DNA of 64,000 nucleotides from Candidatus Omnitrophota bacterium (GTDB lineage Bacteria; Omnitrophota; Gorgyraeia; Zapsychrales; Zapsychraceae): NCBI GenBank assembly GCA_035292445.1, contig DATDQB010000003.1, positions 9,692 to 73,691 of the forward strand, read 5' to 3'. Shown piece by piece: positions 56,701 to 64,000 of this stretch (position 1 is its first letter; each line of letters starts with the position of its first letter). The notes under the pieces were generated by a model. It saw only the letters and a program-made list of their open reading frames with translations, ran no database searches and was not told where the DNA came from. The position numbers and the translations under genes were made by a program.

Positions 56701-57305
56701 CTGACTACGCATCTATACCTTGTTCCGCTGTTTTCAATTGTTGTTTCTGGAGTTGTAGTTCCATAAGAAGCTGCCGTTGCTCCGGTGATGGATGAAAAAT
56801 TATTAGAACCGGGGGCGGCTTTCTGCCACTGGTATGCAGGCTCCGGTGAGCCGCTGGCCACGACCGAAAACGTTGCCCTTTTGGGCACCTGAACCGTCAC
56901 ATCAACCGGCTGCGTAATGATTGTCGGTGCTATTGATACTGAATCGACGGTCAATATCGCTGCGTTACTTGTGACACTGCCGCTTGCGTTGCTAACGACG
57001 CATTGATATTTTGTTCCGCTCATTGCAGCTGTCGTCGGTGGCGTTGTATAAGAAGCAGCCGTTGCTCCGCTGATAGTTGTATATTTATTTGAGCCGAAAG
57101 CTTGTTTCCATTGATACGTTAAAGGCGTGTCACTACTTGCAACTACGGTAAAAGTTGCCGTCGCCGGGGCTGAGACCGTCACACTAACCGGTTGTGTCGT
57201 GATGGTTGGTTTTGAAGGAGGGGCGGCATAGGCATTACTAATACCTGCCCCTAAGAAAGTTAAAACGGCACCAAAAAATACAAGCCTGCTAAAATATGTA
57301 CACAT
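53730..57305 (-). CDS. RHS-repeat polymorphic toxin (signal peptide, 2 Ig-like domains, YD repeats, RHS core, HExxH-containing C-terminal domain)
   Basis: Start MCTYFSRLVFFGAVLTFLGAGISNAYA, preceded by a GGAGG RBS. The track ORF extends to 57395. Many YxYDxxGR(L/V)T repeats. Core end DPQVGRWLTPDPLGYLDSMNLYIYVENSPINWSDPFGL. The C-terminal domain contains NHEPFHEHG. Confidence 0.9.
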   Translation of the reverse strand: MCTYFSRLVFFGAVLTFLGAGISNAYAAPPSKPTITTQPVSVTVSAPATATFTVVASSDTPLTYQWKQAFGSNKYTTISGATAASYTTPPTTAAMSGTKYQCVVSNASGSVTSNAAILTVDSVSIAPTIITQPVDVTVQVPKRATFSVVASGSPEPAYQWQKAAPGSNNFSSITGATAASYGTTTPETTIENSGTRYRCVVSNSAGSVTSAAASLTVAGLPMVEITSPASNSSFTVGADLTITASASEINGTITSVSFYNGSTLLGTSTTAPYTYTITNAPVGIYSLTAVATDAFGTSATSSPVVVMIHGLPEVSVESPSNQSGFTTGSVNITAIAREDYGTISYVDFYNGSTLLGRVTSTFEAFTYSWINVPAGTHNLTAVATDVSGLSTTSSPITVTVSFFPFSYGVDDNIVSETDALNNTTSYEHDKLNRLLKTTFADGSRVSYAYDAFGNQISVTDQRGNVLIKTYDAFERLSQIEDPKDGITQFNYDTEGRLRTLTDANEHATTYTYDPNGRVLTQTNALNLLTTFTYDPVGNVLTGKDANGETTSYTYDALNRLTKTTYPDNSQVTNVYDALGRMTSMTDSTGVTTYTYDALDRLLTKKSPGTNNTINYVYDGEGNRLTTLDQNGRTVTNTYDALNRLASVQDQNGITSYEYDANSNLLSMTSPNGVVENYTYDSLNRVLSAVIQNGATVISSYTNVYDIAGMVKQKIFADGSWTIYTYDTQNQLLNETKQTGSSTIYSNIYTYDPVGNRLTWRKDTTLGGFWSADYLNMPSSVLTSMTNAGYGKTANPALAVSLVNNYSNDAANRLTGWNGTISVGTSVFPVQAVYTYDNNGNRINKIVSSAPSDPSPRQTSYAYDFENRLNRLTYENIPDISGTQTDRLIYNGEGLRTQVVLNDNAATGNALATDYLYDGSNILVERDDSGSFKTYTRAIGFPGGIAGLIAQSHTSNNTPVVQYYHYDDLGSVAALTGTAANNYSYDAFGNLINPQTSGDTNRYLFSTKEFDSRAGLYYFGARYYDPQVGRWLTPDPLGYLDSMNLYIYVENSPINWSDPFGLFVFGRRPLASTKWFKPGKPTEILDRINHEPFHEHGFFEDGSGQNIGYNGTVGIFSEDPTGLGYVYESKHYDDDTMREAFDMVKSEPIWKPNKYELCGLNHHNCQDFAEALRNEYKKVINKMGKENAHSKK

Positions 57306-57339
57306 TATATCTCCTCCGAATTTTATTATTCTTATATGC

Positions 57340-59535
57340 TTACTCATAGGTAAAATTAATGATATTACCCAGTGCATCAGTTTTTTGGATGACATGGTTT
57401 AAAGCATCATAAGTAAAATTGGCGCTATTCCCACGGCTATCGGTCGACTTTATAACATTACCAAATTGGTCATAGATAAAGGAATGACTGTTTCCTAACG
57501 CATCGACAATGTCAGTCAGATTTCCATGGGAATCATAGTTAAAACGAGTGATATTCCCCAAAGCATCCGTTTCGCTACTGATCAAATTAAAATCGGGAGT
57601 ATAGGTCATCTTCGTCTGCTTGCCCAACGGATCAGTTATCTGAATAAGATTTCCATAAGAGTCGTACGTAAAATTTGTCACATTATTCCGCGCGTCTTTT
57701 ATGGACGTCCGATTCATAAGAAAATCCCAAATCTGTTGGGTCACTGCTCCCAAAGGATCTGTCTGGGAAATAAGCAATCCGGAACTGTTAAACATATAGG
57801 TGTTGTTGTTTCCTAAACTGTCGGTCACAACCGTCGTGTTGTTCGCCAGATAATCTAAAGTAACTTTGTTGACATTATTATCCTGCCAGTTCACAACCAC
57901 ACGACCTTGTGAGTCGTATGTAAAATACGTGTTGTGACCATTGGAATTGACCAGTTTAATAATTTTATGATTAGCATCATAAAAATAATTCGTGACCTTT
58001 CCTGCTGGGTCAGTAATCCAACTTAAGTTTCCATTTGGGTCATAGCCATATTGAAAAGTTTTCCCGGCCGGATCCGAAGCAGAAATAACACGGTTACTGG
58101 AATCAAAATTCAAGACGATCTTCCGACCGCTGGCATCTTGAATATAGGTCCCTCCTGCCGGGGCAGGGTCATAAACAAAAGTCAGCTTATTGCCATTGCG
58201 GTCTGTGCGGAATGATAACCGTCCATTAATATCATAGACAGCAACATTACCGTTTTTATCCTTGAGTGTAAAAGTATCATCCGAATTTTTGGTAAGTATG
58301 GAATAATTCCCTGGTGAAGGAACATAGGTACCTGAATTATTAATAAAGTATTTCCCAGCTCCATCGCCATCATAAATGATCACATTTCCACTTCTATCCT
58401 GAGTTAAGTTAACGTCAAAATCTGTGCGCCAACCATAGCCGAACATCCCGCTAAAAGTGGAAAAAGAGCGGTATTCCCGGGATAGAGAAAGCACTGGCCC
58501 TCGTCCATCCAAGGAAAAGTCTGTGGATGAGAAATATGCTTCCCCGGTAGCGATATTCACGGGGTCTTTGGTAAGGGTCTTTAAAGCCGAAGGAACGATC
58601 TCCGTTGCCGGCAATGGAGGTTCAGTTCCTTTATTAAGAGAAACCGAGACTACTCCAGTGCCGATATTATTATAGGGATCAGCTGCCACCGCCCTTAAAA
58701 TGTAGTCTCCTTTGGGGAATTTGCTGGCAGCCCACGAATAGCTGAAAGAACCAGGAACAGGTTTAGAATATGCCTGCAGCAAAAAGGATTGTCCGGTGGT
58801 TACATTATCAGCAAAAAGCTCCAGTCTGGTCACTGCAAGATTGTCAGAATTTGCGACTGAAATGGTTGTGCTTGACCCTTTGAGTGTAGATCCATCGCTT
58901 GGCGTTGTAAAAGTTACTGTAGGAGCTAAGTCATCAATCAAATCGAAATTGGTAGAAGTTAAAAGTACGCCATTACGACTGATTGTTATTCGCCAGACGC
59001 CGGGATGTGAAGTTACAAAGGATTTAATATTTATATATGGACCAGCACCGAATTCGACAGTGCCAAATGGATACTGATACGTTATTGAGCAAACCCACCC
59101 AAATAAAGGATTATCACTACAGAATTGCCAGTTTTCTTCATCTATGCGTGTCCAGGCTGCTTTTGCATAAAATGTTGTTGAACCTGTAGGCAGATATGTT
59201 ACCGGATCTAAAATAGGGTTATAAACATCCCATGTGAACACATCTCCAACCTCAGCGTTCTGAAGATAAATATAATAGTAAATAACATCCCAAGTCACTG
59301 AGGCGGGCGACCCGGGATAGAGATAATCGCAGCACCAAGAAAAAACCGGTTCAGTTGATGTGGTTGAAACAGATCTTTTGCTCTGTATAGCCTGCTGAAC
59401 CGGCTGCGGACTCGGAGCCATCCCCACCATTTTGTCTTCGCCATCGTCACTCAAAACGTCATGTACAAAAAGCAGACTAGAAAAAGCAAAAAGAAAAGCC
59501 CAAAAAAATAATCTATTTTTAGAACTTTTTCTCAT
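57340..59535 (-). CDS. secreted YD/RHS-repeat protein lacking RHS core and toxin domain (truncated or decoy)
   Basis: 731 aa. Signal peptide. Ig-like domain. More than 15 YD repeats. Ends NFTYE-stop in mid-repeat, 34 nt before the next gene's RBS. Confidence 0.8.
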   Translation of the reverse strand: MRKSSKNRLFFWAFLFAFSSLLFVHDVLSDDGEDKMVGMAPSPQPVQQAIQSKRSVSTTSTEPVFSWCCDYLYPGSPASVTWDVIYYYIYLQNAEVGDVFTWDVYNPILDPVTYLPTGSTTFYAKAAWTRIDEENWQFCSDNPLFGWVCSITYQYPFGTVEFGAGPYINIKSFVTSHPGVWRITISRNGVLLTSTNFDLIDDLAPTVTFTTPSDGSTLKGSSTTISVANSDNLAVTRLELFADNVTTGQSFLLQAYSKPVPGSFSYSWAASKFPKGDYILRAVAADPYNNIGTGVVSVSLNKGTEPPLPATEIVPSALKTLTKDPVNIATGEAYFSSTDFSLDGRGPVLSLSREYRSFSTFSGMFGYGWRTDFDVNLTQDRSGNVIIYDGDGAGKYFINNSGTYVPSPGNYSILTKNSDDTFTLKDKNGNVAVYDINGRLSFRTDRNGNKLTFVYDPAPAGGTYIQDASGRKIVLNFDSSNRVISASDPAGKTFQYGYDPNGNLSWITDPAGKVTNYFYDANHKIIKLVNSNGHNTYFTYDSQGRVVVNWQDNNVNKVTLDYLANNTTVVTDSLGNNNTYMFNSSGLLISQTDPLGAVTQQIWDFLMNRTSIKDARNNVTNFTYDSYGNLIQITDPLGKQTKMTYTPDFNLISSETDALGNITRFNYDSHGNLTDIVDALGNSHSFIYDQFGNVIKSTDSRGNSANFTYDALNHVIQKTDALGNIINFTYE

Positions 59536-59722
59536 TTATTTCCTCCTGATTTATTTGAAAAAAAGATGGATGACAGTGGACTTGCCCCGAATGGGGATCC
59601 ACATGGGCCGCCAGATCGCTCAACTGGGGCAGATGATTGGCGGAAACGGGATCAATCCGGGAATAAATAGTGACGAACAAAAGAATTGCAGTAAATGTGA
59701 TTCGGATTTTACGGTTCATCAT
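59519..59722 (-). CDS. small putative secreted/membrane protein
   Basis: 67 aa. Strong RBS AAGGAGG 5 nt upstream of ATGATG. Hydrophobic N-terminus. 17-bp overlap with the YD-repeat gene start. Confidence 0.4.
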   Translation of the reverse strand: MMNRKIRITFTAILLFVTIYSRIDPVSANHLPQLSDLAAHVDPHSGQVHCHPSFFQINQEEINEKKF

Positions 59723-59865
59723 GCCCTCCTTAAATTTTTAGACCTATTCCGCTAAGATAAGGGCACGGGCAATTTTTATATAAAGGGTGCCCGGGTTTGA
59801 CCGCTCGATTTCCCCTTTTCGGTACGGTTCATCCCCCATGTATAAGGACCCAAGCACCCTAAATT

Positions 59866-60150
59866 TTAATCCTGGTTTACAAAACTTTCCGCTGTATAAG
59901 AGCTCATGATTTCATCCGCTATTTGGTTGCGTACCTCTTTATCGAGACAGCGCACGCTTTCATACCATTTGTTGTCCTTGGCCTTCTCCGAAGGCATGGA
60001 GATGAACAGCCCCTTCTTGCCATCCACCAAACGAATACCTTTGATGAGGATGGCGTCGTTGATGCAGATATCGACAAAGGCCTTAAGCGCCCCTTCGCCG
60101 TTCATCCGATGTATCCGCTGGACTTTGATGTCTAATTTTGAGTCACTCAT
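59866..60150 (-). CDS. spoVG: SpoVG family protein
   Basis: 94 aa. RIHRMNGEGALKAFVDICINDAILIKGIRLVDGKKGLFISMPS matches the SpoVG core. Confidence 0.85.
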   Translation of the reverse strand: MSDSKLDIKVQRIHRMNGEGALKAFVDICINDAILIKGIRLVDGKKGLFISMPSEKAKDNKWYESVRCLDKEVRNQIADEIMSSYTAESFVNQD

Positions 60151-60217
60151 TGAATTTCTCCTTTCGCTCTTAGCTTTCAGTCGTCAGTCATCAGTCTTCA
60201 GACGTCATCAGCATGAT

Positions 60218-60574
60218 TTATTTCAAATATTTAGATAAACCAGAAATCATAGCAGAAATCTCATCACATTCGTTTGATAAATAGCCGATATCATCGTGAC
60301 TAAAGTAATTTAATCTACCCGCTATCTCAATAGCACAATTCACTTCATACGATGATCTAAGTGCAATGTTTAAAAACCTATTAAATTCTATGTCCGACCT
60401 GGATCCGGATCCTTCGGCTATATTCAAAGATATGGAAATAGCCGCTCTGCGTATTTGTGAAACCAATCCATAGGTTTCATTGGGAGGAAAGTTAACTGTT
60501 AACTTATAAATTACCGAGATAAAATCCATCGAGCGTTTCCATACATCTAATTTTCTGAACTTTTGATTGTGCAT
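60218..60574 (-). CDS. four-helix-bundle protein (23S rRNA intervening-sequence protein family, TIGR02436-like)
   Basis: 118 aa. KFRKLDVWKRSMDFISVIYKLTVNFPPNETYGLVSQIRRAAISISLNIAEGSGSRS... Confidence 0.75.
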   Translation of the reverse strand: MHNQKFRKLDVWKRSMDFISVIYKLTVNFPPNETYGLVSQIRRAAISISLNIAEGSGSRSDIEFNRFLNIALRSSYEVNCAIEIAGRLNYFSHDDIGYLSNECDEISAMISGLSKYLK

Positions 60575-60575
60575 T

Positions 60576-62201
60576 TTACTTTTCTTCCTTCTGATGGCTG
60601 ACGTCTGACGTCTGACGACTTTCTACAATTTTTTTAGAGAACTCGCCGCCCGTGAGCGCATCAATTAAAGCCGTCAATTCATCAACGCGCATTTGCTTGT
60701 CAAATGTGACGTACGGGTCGGCCTGTGGCATTTGCAGCTCCATCTGCAGCCGGCGGCGCTCGAAATAAAGCCGGGTGATCTGGTCCAGAATATCTTCCCT
60801 CAACTCGACCATGAGCTTCGCCCGTGAATCGATCGTCGTTTGGTCTGTGCTCCAAATAAAATCGCTCAAATCCCAGGAAACGGAAACATCCCACTCGAGA
60901 AAATCGTCGCCTTTGACCAGCTCATCCGGACTTTGACCCGTATCCCAGTGCAACCGCTCCGTAGCGCTGCGATCCACCCCGGCCGAAAGGCTTGGAAGAA
61001 CCGTTTTCCACCGTGCCTGCCTTTGCCAATCTTTGATTTTTTGAGGATGGACATCGGCATAATCGATCGCCATTTCATGCACTTCTTTGATAGGCGGCTC
61101 ATGGCCAAAGATCTGGTTGAGCTTGGCGTAATCACCTTTAACCGGGAAATCAGAAACGGGAAGCGTCGGCTCTATGGAAATGTGATATAACCCTTCATTC
61201 GTCGCAGCGTACACTTGGCCATCCAACCCCAACGCCAGATCATGGATCACGTTCGTTGCCATTCCCTTATAAACAGGAGTTACTCCCCCGTTCTCATAGA
61301 GGAACGCTCCCCGTTCTGTCGCAATGACGAACCCCATGCAGGCTAACAGGTCCGTATCACACTGACCGTGGCTTTGATCCCTAAAAGCAATAACGGTGGT
61401 GAGCCGCTCAAGCGGGATAGAATCAACGACTAACGCCAGCCATTGATGACTATCCTCTATATTAGAGAAGATACCTTTCCTCGAGCCAACCAACAGGATG
61501 TTATTTGCCCCGGTAAATAATTGAAGCGTTTTGATCGTGCCCGAAGCGTCTTCTTCCTCTTCAGAAGTTTCCGGGCCCAAAGAAAATATCTCGGCATAAT
61601 CAAAGGTTGCTTTGTTTATCCTGAAAACATCTGATGTATCGGCGGCGTAAACGAAATTCTTGCCGACAACGATATCGCTAATGGGTAGATCGCTTAACTC
61701 TCCCTTCATCTTTTGCCATCTCGGCTGAGAAAAACCCTTATAAAATAACCCCTTGCGCGTCCCTAAATATAAACGATCTTCATCCGCTGCCACAGCCGTA
61801 CACTGGCGTTCATTCTCATCAGAAGAATGGAATATACGCTCCCAGTGGAGCCCCTTGTCATCACTTTGGTACAGGCCATTGCCGGTAGCGGCAAATATGA
61901 CTGAAGGCCTGTACCTTGCAAAACCAATATCATTAATGCTGCTTTTCTCTCCTTGCAGGTTTAATAAAACTTGATGGGTTTTTTGGGTAAGGTTTAATTG
62001 GTAAAGGGATTTATCGGTGCCGTAATAAAGAAGGTTGGGATCGGTAGGGTCAACGGAAACGCTCAGGATTGTTGCATCGTATCCCGAATAAGCGATTTTG
62101 TTCCACTCAAAATGAGGAGAACTAAAGCCAAGGCCGCTAAGGCCGGCCACCAGCATCAACGTTATGATTTTACATCTGTTTATGGTCCCCACAACACGCA
62201 T
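60576..62201 (-). CDS. secreted BNR/Asp-box beta-propeller-like protein
   Basis: 541 aa. Signal peptide. Asp-box SDDKGLHWE. Several GxY/G-rich blade-like repeats. C-terminal acidic/basic tail. Confidence 0.55.
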   Translation of the reverse strand: MRVVGTINRCKIITLMLVAGLSGLGFSSPHFEWNKIAYSGYDATILSVSVDPTDPNLLYYGTDKSLYQLNLTQKTHQVLLNLQGEKSSINDIGFARYRPSVIFAATGNGLYQSDDKGLHWERIFHSSDENERQCTAVAADEDRLYLGTRKGLFYKGFSQPRWQKMKGELSDLPISDIVVGKNFVYAADTSDVFRINKATFDYAEIFSLGPETSEEEEDASGTIKTLQLFTGANNILLVGSRKGIFSNIEDSHQWLALVVDSIPLERLTTVIAFRDQSHGQCDTDLLACMGFVIATERGAFLYENGGVTPVYKGMATNVIHDLALGLDGQVYAATNEGLYHISIEPTLPVSDFPVKGDYAKLNQIFGHEPPIKEVHEMAIDYADVHPQKIKDWQRQARWKTVLPSLSAGVDRSATERLHWDTGQSPDELVKGDDFLEWDVSVSWDLSDFIWSTDQTTIDSRAKLMVELREDILDQITRLYFERRRLQMELQMPQADPYVTFDKQMRVDELTALIDALTGGEFSKKIVESRQTSDVSHQKEEK

Positions 62202-62514
62202 CCTTGTAGATTTTCTCTACGCTCATTAGGGAAAGCGCTTTGGTCACCGCGAGGCTCAATTTGGGGTTATGCTGATCGACGGTGCGTACATACCCATCCA
62301 AATACTCGTGCATGGCCTCAATCCCCAGTTCTTTTTTCATGCTTCGTAAAATCCGCATCGCTGTGTAGATGGCGATCGAATTATCTTTACGCGTGAAAAA
62401 ATTGGGGAACGCGTCAGGGGGATGATTTTGATTGATATTTGATTCGTTTATAGGCATGATTTGAACAACCTCCAAAACTAAATGAAGTGTAACATTAATT
62501 TGATTATTTGTCAA
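62170..62514 (-). CDS. hypothetical protein
   Basis: 114-aa ORF. 32-bp overlap with the downstream gene. No motif. Low confidence that it is coding. Confidence 0.3.
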   Translation of the reverse strand: MTNNQINVTLHLVLEVVQIMPINESNINQNHPPDAFPNFFTRKDNSIAIYTAMRILRSMKKELGIEAMHEYLDGYVRTVDQHNPKLSLAVTKALSLMSVEKIYKDACCGDHKQM

Positions 62515-62627
62515 ATTTTATTTGATTGTTAATCAATATATAACTACTTGAAATTATTAATTTTACAACATTCAATAAAATATTTTAAAAATTTTATAAG
62601 AAATACTTTGATTTTTACTAAATTTTA

Positions 62628-62655
62628 TTGACTAATCATCAAATTATGATATGCT
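62628..62655 (+). promoter_or_regulatory. sigma70-like promoter candidate for the XRE-cupin regulator gene
   Basis: TTGACT (-35), then a 16-nt spacer, then TGaTATGCT (extended -10). About 45 nt upstream of RBS AAGGAACGG and the ATG at 62702. Confidence 0.35.
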
Positions 62656-62701
62656 AGTTTCAGGTTAATTTCCCCATTAACCCTCAAATAAGGAACGGAC
62701 C

Positions 62702-63253
62702 ATGTATATAGGAAAACGTATGCAGGAGCTTAGGAAGGCCAGGGACATGACCCTTTCGGAATTATCCGAAAATAGCGGCGTTCAGATCGCCACCCTAAGC
62801 CGGATGGAGAACAACAAAATGACCGGCACCCTGGAGTCCCACATGAACATCGCCAAGGCCCTGGGCGTGGACGTCACTCAGCTCTACAGTGATATTATTA
62901 GAGTAGAGAGTAAAGTCGATATCCAAAAAACCCCCTCTTCTTCCGATGTCTTTGTCCATAGTGATAAGTCGTCTTATGAAATGCTTACCACTAAGGTCCT
63001 GTCCAAGAAAATGATGCCGATCCTATTGAAACTTGAGCCTGGTGGGCAAACGGCCCCTGAGGAAAACAAGCTTGGGACGGAAAAATTTATCTATACCCTG
63101 GAAGGAAAGGTCGAAGTTACGATCGGCAAAGATAGCTATTCGCTGTCTAAAGGAAATACGCTGTACTTTGATGCATCATTAAAACATTTTTTCGTTAATG
63201 AAGGCAAATCAACGGCAAAATTAGTGTGTGTCATAACCCCACCAGCATTATAA
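62702..63253 (+). CDS. XRE-family HTH transcriptional regulator with C-terminal cupin domain
   Basis: LRKARDMTLSELSENSGVQIATLSRMENNK (HTH_3). C-terminal cupin-like beta segment (FIYTLEGKVEVTIG...YFDASLKHFFVNEG). Confidence 0.8.
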   Translation: MYIGKRMQELRKARDMTLSELSENSGVQIATLSRMENNKMTGTLESHMNIAKALGVDVTQLYSDIIRVESKVDIQKTPSSSDVFVHSDKSSYEMLTTKVLSKKMMPILLKLEPGGQTAPEENKLGTEKFIYTLEGKVEVTIGKDSYSLSKGNTLYFDASLKHFFVNEGKSTAKLVCVITPPAL

Positions 63254-63263
63254 GGAGACTGAA

Positions 63264-63623
63264 ATGGCTAAAAAGATTCTCATTTGCGATGATGAAGAAG
63301 GAATCCGTGAATCCCTGAAACTCATCCTCGCGGACCATTATGAACTTGTTTTAACCGGAAGCGGGGCGCAGTGCTTGGAATGCCTTAAAAACGACCCCAC
63401 CATCAAGATAGTGCTCATGGATATCAAGATGCCCAAGACCAACGGGCTGGATATCCTGAAAGAAATCAAACAAAAATATGTCGACATGAAAGTCATTATC
63501 ATCACCGGCTACAAATCCGTTGAAACCGCCTCCGAAGCCGCCCGCCTGGGAGCGGATGGATATATTGTGAAGCCGTTTAAGTCGGAAGAAATACAAAAAA
63601 TTGTTAAAGAGCACTTATGTTAG
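63264..63623 (+). CDS. single-domain response regulator (CheY-like receiver)
   Basis: ILICDDE...KIVLMDIKMPKTNG...IIITG...K. 119 aa. Confidence 0.85.
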   Translation: MAKKILICDDEEGIRESLKLILADHYELVLTGSGAQCLECLKNDPTIKIVLMDIKMPKTNGLDILKEIKQKYVDMKVIIITGYKSVETASEAARLGADGYIVKPFKSEEIQKIVKEHLC

Positions 63624-64000
63624 AACCATCTTTTCTTACTCTCTCGTATATAATATGCGCTATTGTAATATTTTTATTTGGCACGTTTATACTGATTAAG
63701 TCTCCTCGCAATAATTTAAATCTAATCTACTTTCTCCTCTGCACCTCAGTTTCACTTTGGTTATTCTTCTATGGAATTACAAGAATATCTTTCAACGCCT
63801 TTCCATTACCCTCTATGCTCCTAACAAAATTAGCATATTGTGGAGTTACATTTATTCCTATATTTACTTTTCATTATTTGTATATTTTTACAAAACGTGA
63901 AAAATTTAAATATTTATTATATCTTGCCTATTTATTTGGTTTTATAAGTTCCTATTTCATATTCCATTCAAAATTAATTATTGATGGGACTAACCAATTT
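63617..64000 (+). CDS. polytopic membrane sensor N-terminus (probable histidine kinase), 3'-truncated by window
   Basis: ATG overlaps the receiver stop (ATGTTAG). Translation MLEPSFLTLSYIICAIVIFLFGTFILIKS...YFLLCTSVSLWLFFYG... has at least 4 TM helices. No stop inside the window. Confidence 0.5.
   Translation, partial: MLEPSFLTLSYIICAIVIFLFGTFILIKSPRNNLNLIYFLLCTSVSLWLFFYGITRISFNAFPLPSMLLTKLAYCGVTFIPIFTFHYLYIFTKREKFKYLLYLAYLFGFISSYFIFHSKLIIDGTNQF

Noticed and set aside
57306-57395. N-terminal extension MSSKKLMHWVISLILPMSKHIRIIKFGGDI of the RHS ORF in the track
   Set aside because: The extension overlaps the stop of the upstream YD-repeat gene. A strong GGAGG RBS and a canonical signal peptide begin at the internal ATG (complement 57305), so the shorter start is preferred.

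Overview
This 64-kb contig is mostly minus-strand coding (about 50% GC) and comes from an uncultivated bacterium; it is probably diderm, given PEP-CTERM proteins, type IV pilus parts and many TPR/GT-C membrane proteins. The main contents, in order:

- Left end: a truncated CpaF/TadA-type secretion ATPase, an M16 zinc peptidase and tRNA-Ser(GGA).
- 4.6-24.6 kb: six paralogous GT-C-fold (PMT/ArnT/TMTC-like) membrane glycosyltransferases, several with TPR tails. They bracket a SAM methyltransferase, a YceI protein and a 2,024-aa secreted protein made of about 25 tandem cysteine-rich modules with Pro/Thr linkers followed by a C-terminal subtilisin S8 domain. This glycosyltransferase cluster plus the giant cysteine-rich subtilase is the most plausible undescribed system here.
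- 24.6-28.3 kb: tRNA-Ser(CGA) and tRNA-Ser(TGA). Each is preceded by the same conserved twin-hairpin element. There is also a GIY-YIG nuclease gene, a tRNA-Ser 5' fragment and an HD-GYP/GAF phosphodiesterase.
- 28.3-45.2 kb: a type IV pilus/T2SS-like operon. It holds PilB/GspE, PilC/GspF, a major pilin, four minor pilins, PilMNOP, an FHA-GAF histidine kinase, a Hanks Ser/Thr kinase and five single-domain receiver proteins. Next to it are serS, a GT2/methyltransferase/SGNH-hydrolase set and a lamin-tail PEP-CTERM protein.
- 49.9-62.5 kb: a lower-GC accessory island with a MazEF-like toxin-antitoxin pair, two diverged tandem RayT/IS200-like HUH transposase genes that share a 56-bp upstream repeat, and an RHS polymorphic-toxin locus. 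The RHS locus has a truncated YD-repeat gene, a full RHS gene whose C-terminal domain carries HExxH, and AT-rich candidate immunity genes. The island also holds a small ORF, SpoVG, an IVS-type four-helix-bundle gene flanked by inverted repeats, and a BNR-repeat protein.
- Right end: an XRE-cupin regulator, a receiver protein and a partial membrane sensor.

No CRISPR array and no rRNA were seen. All product calls rest on motifs read from the translations; no database search was possible.
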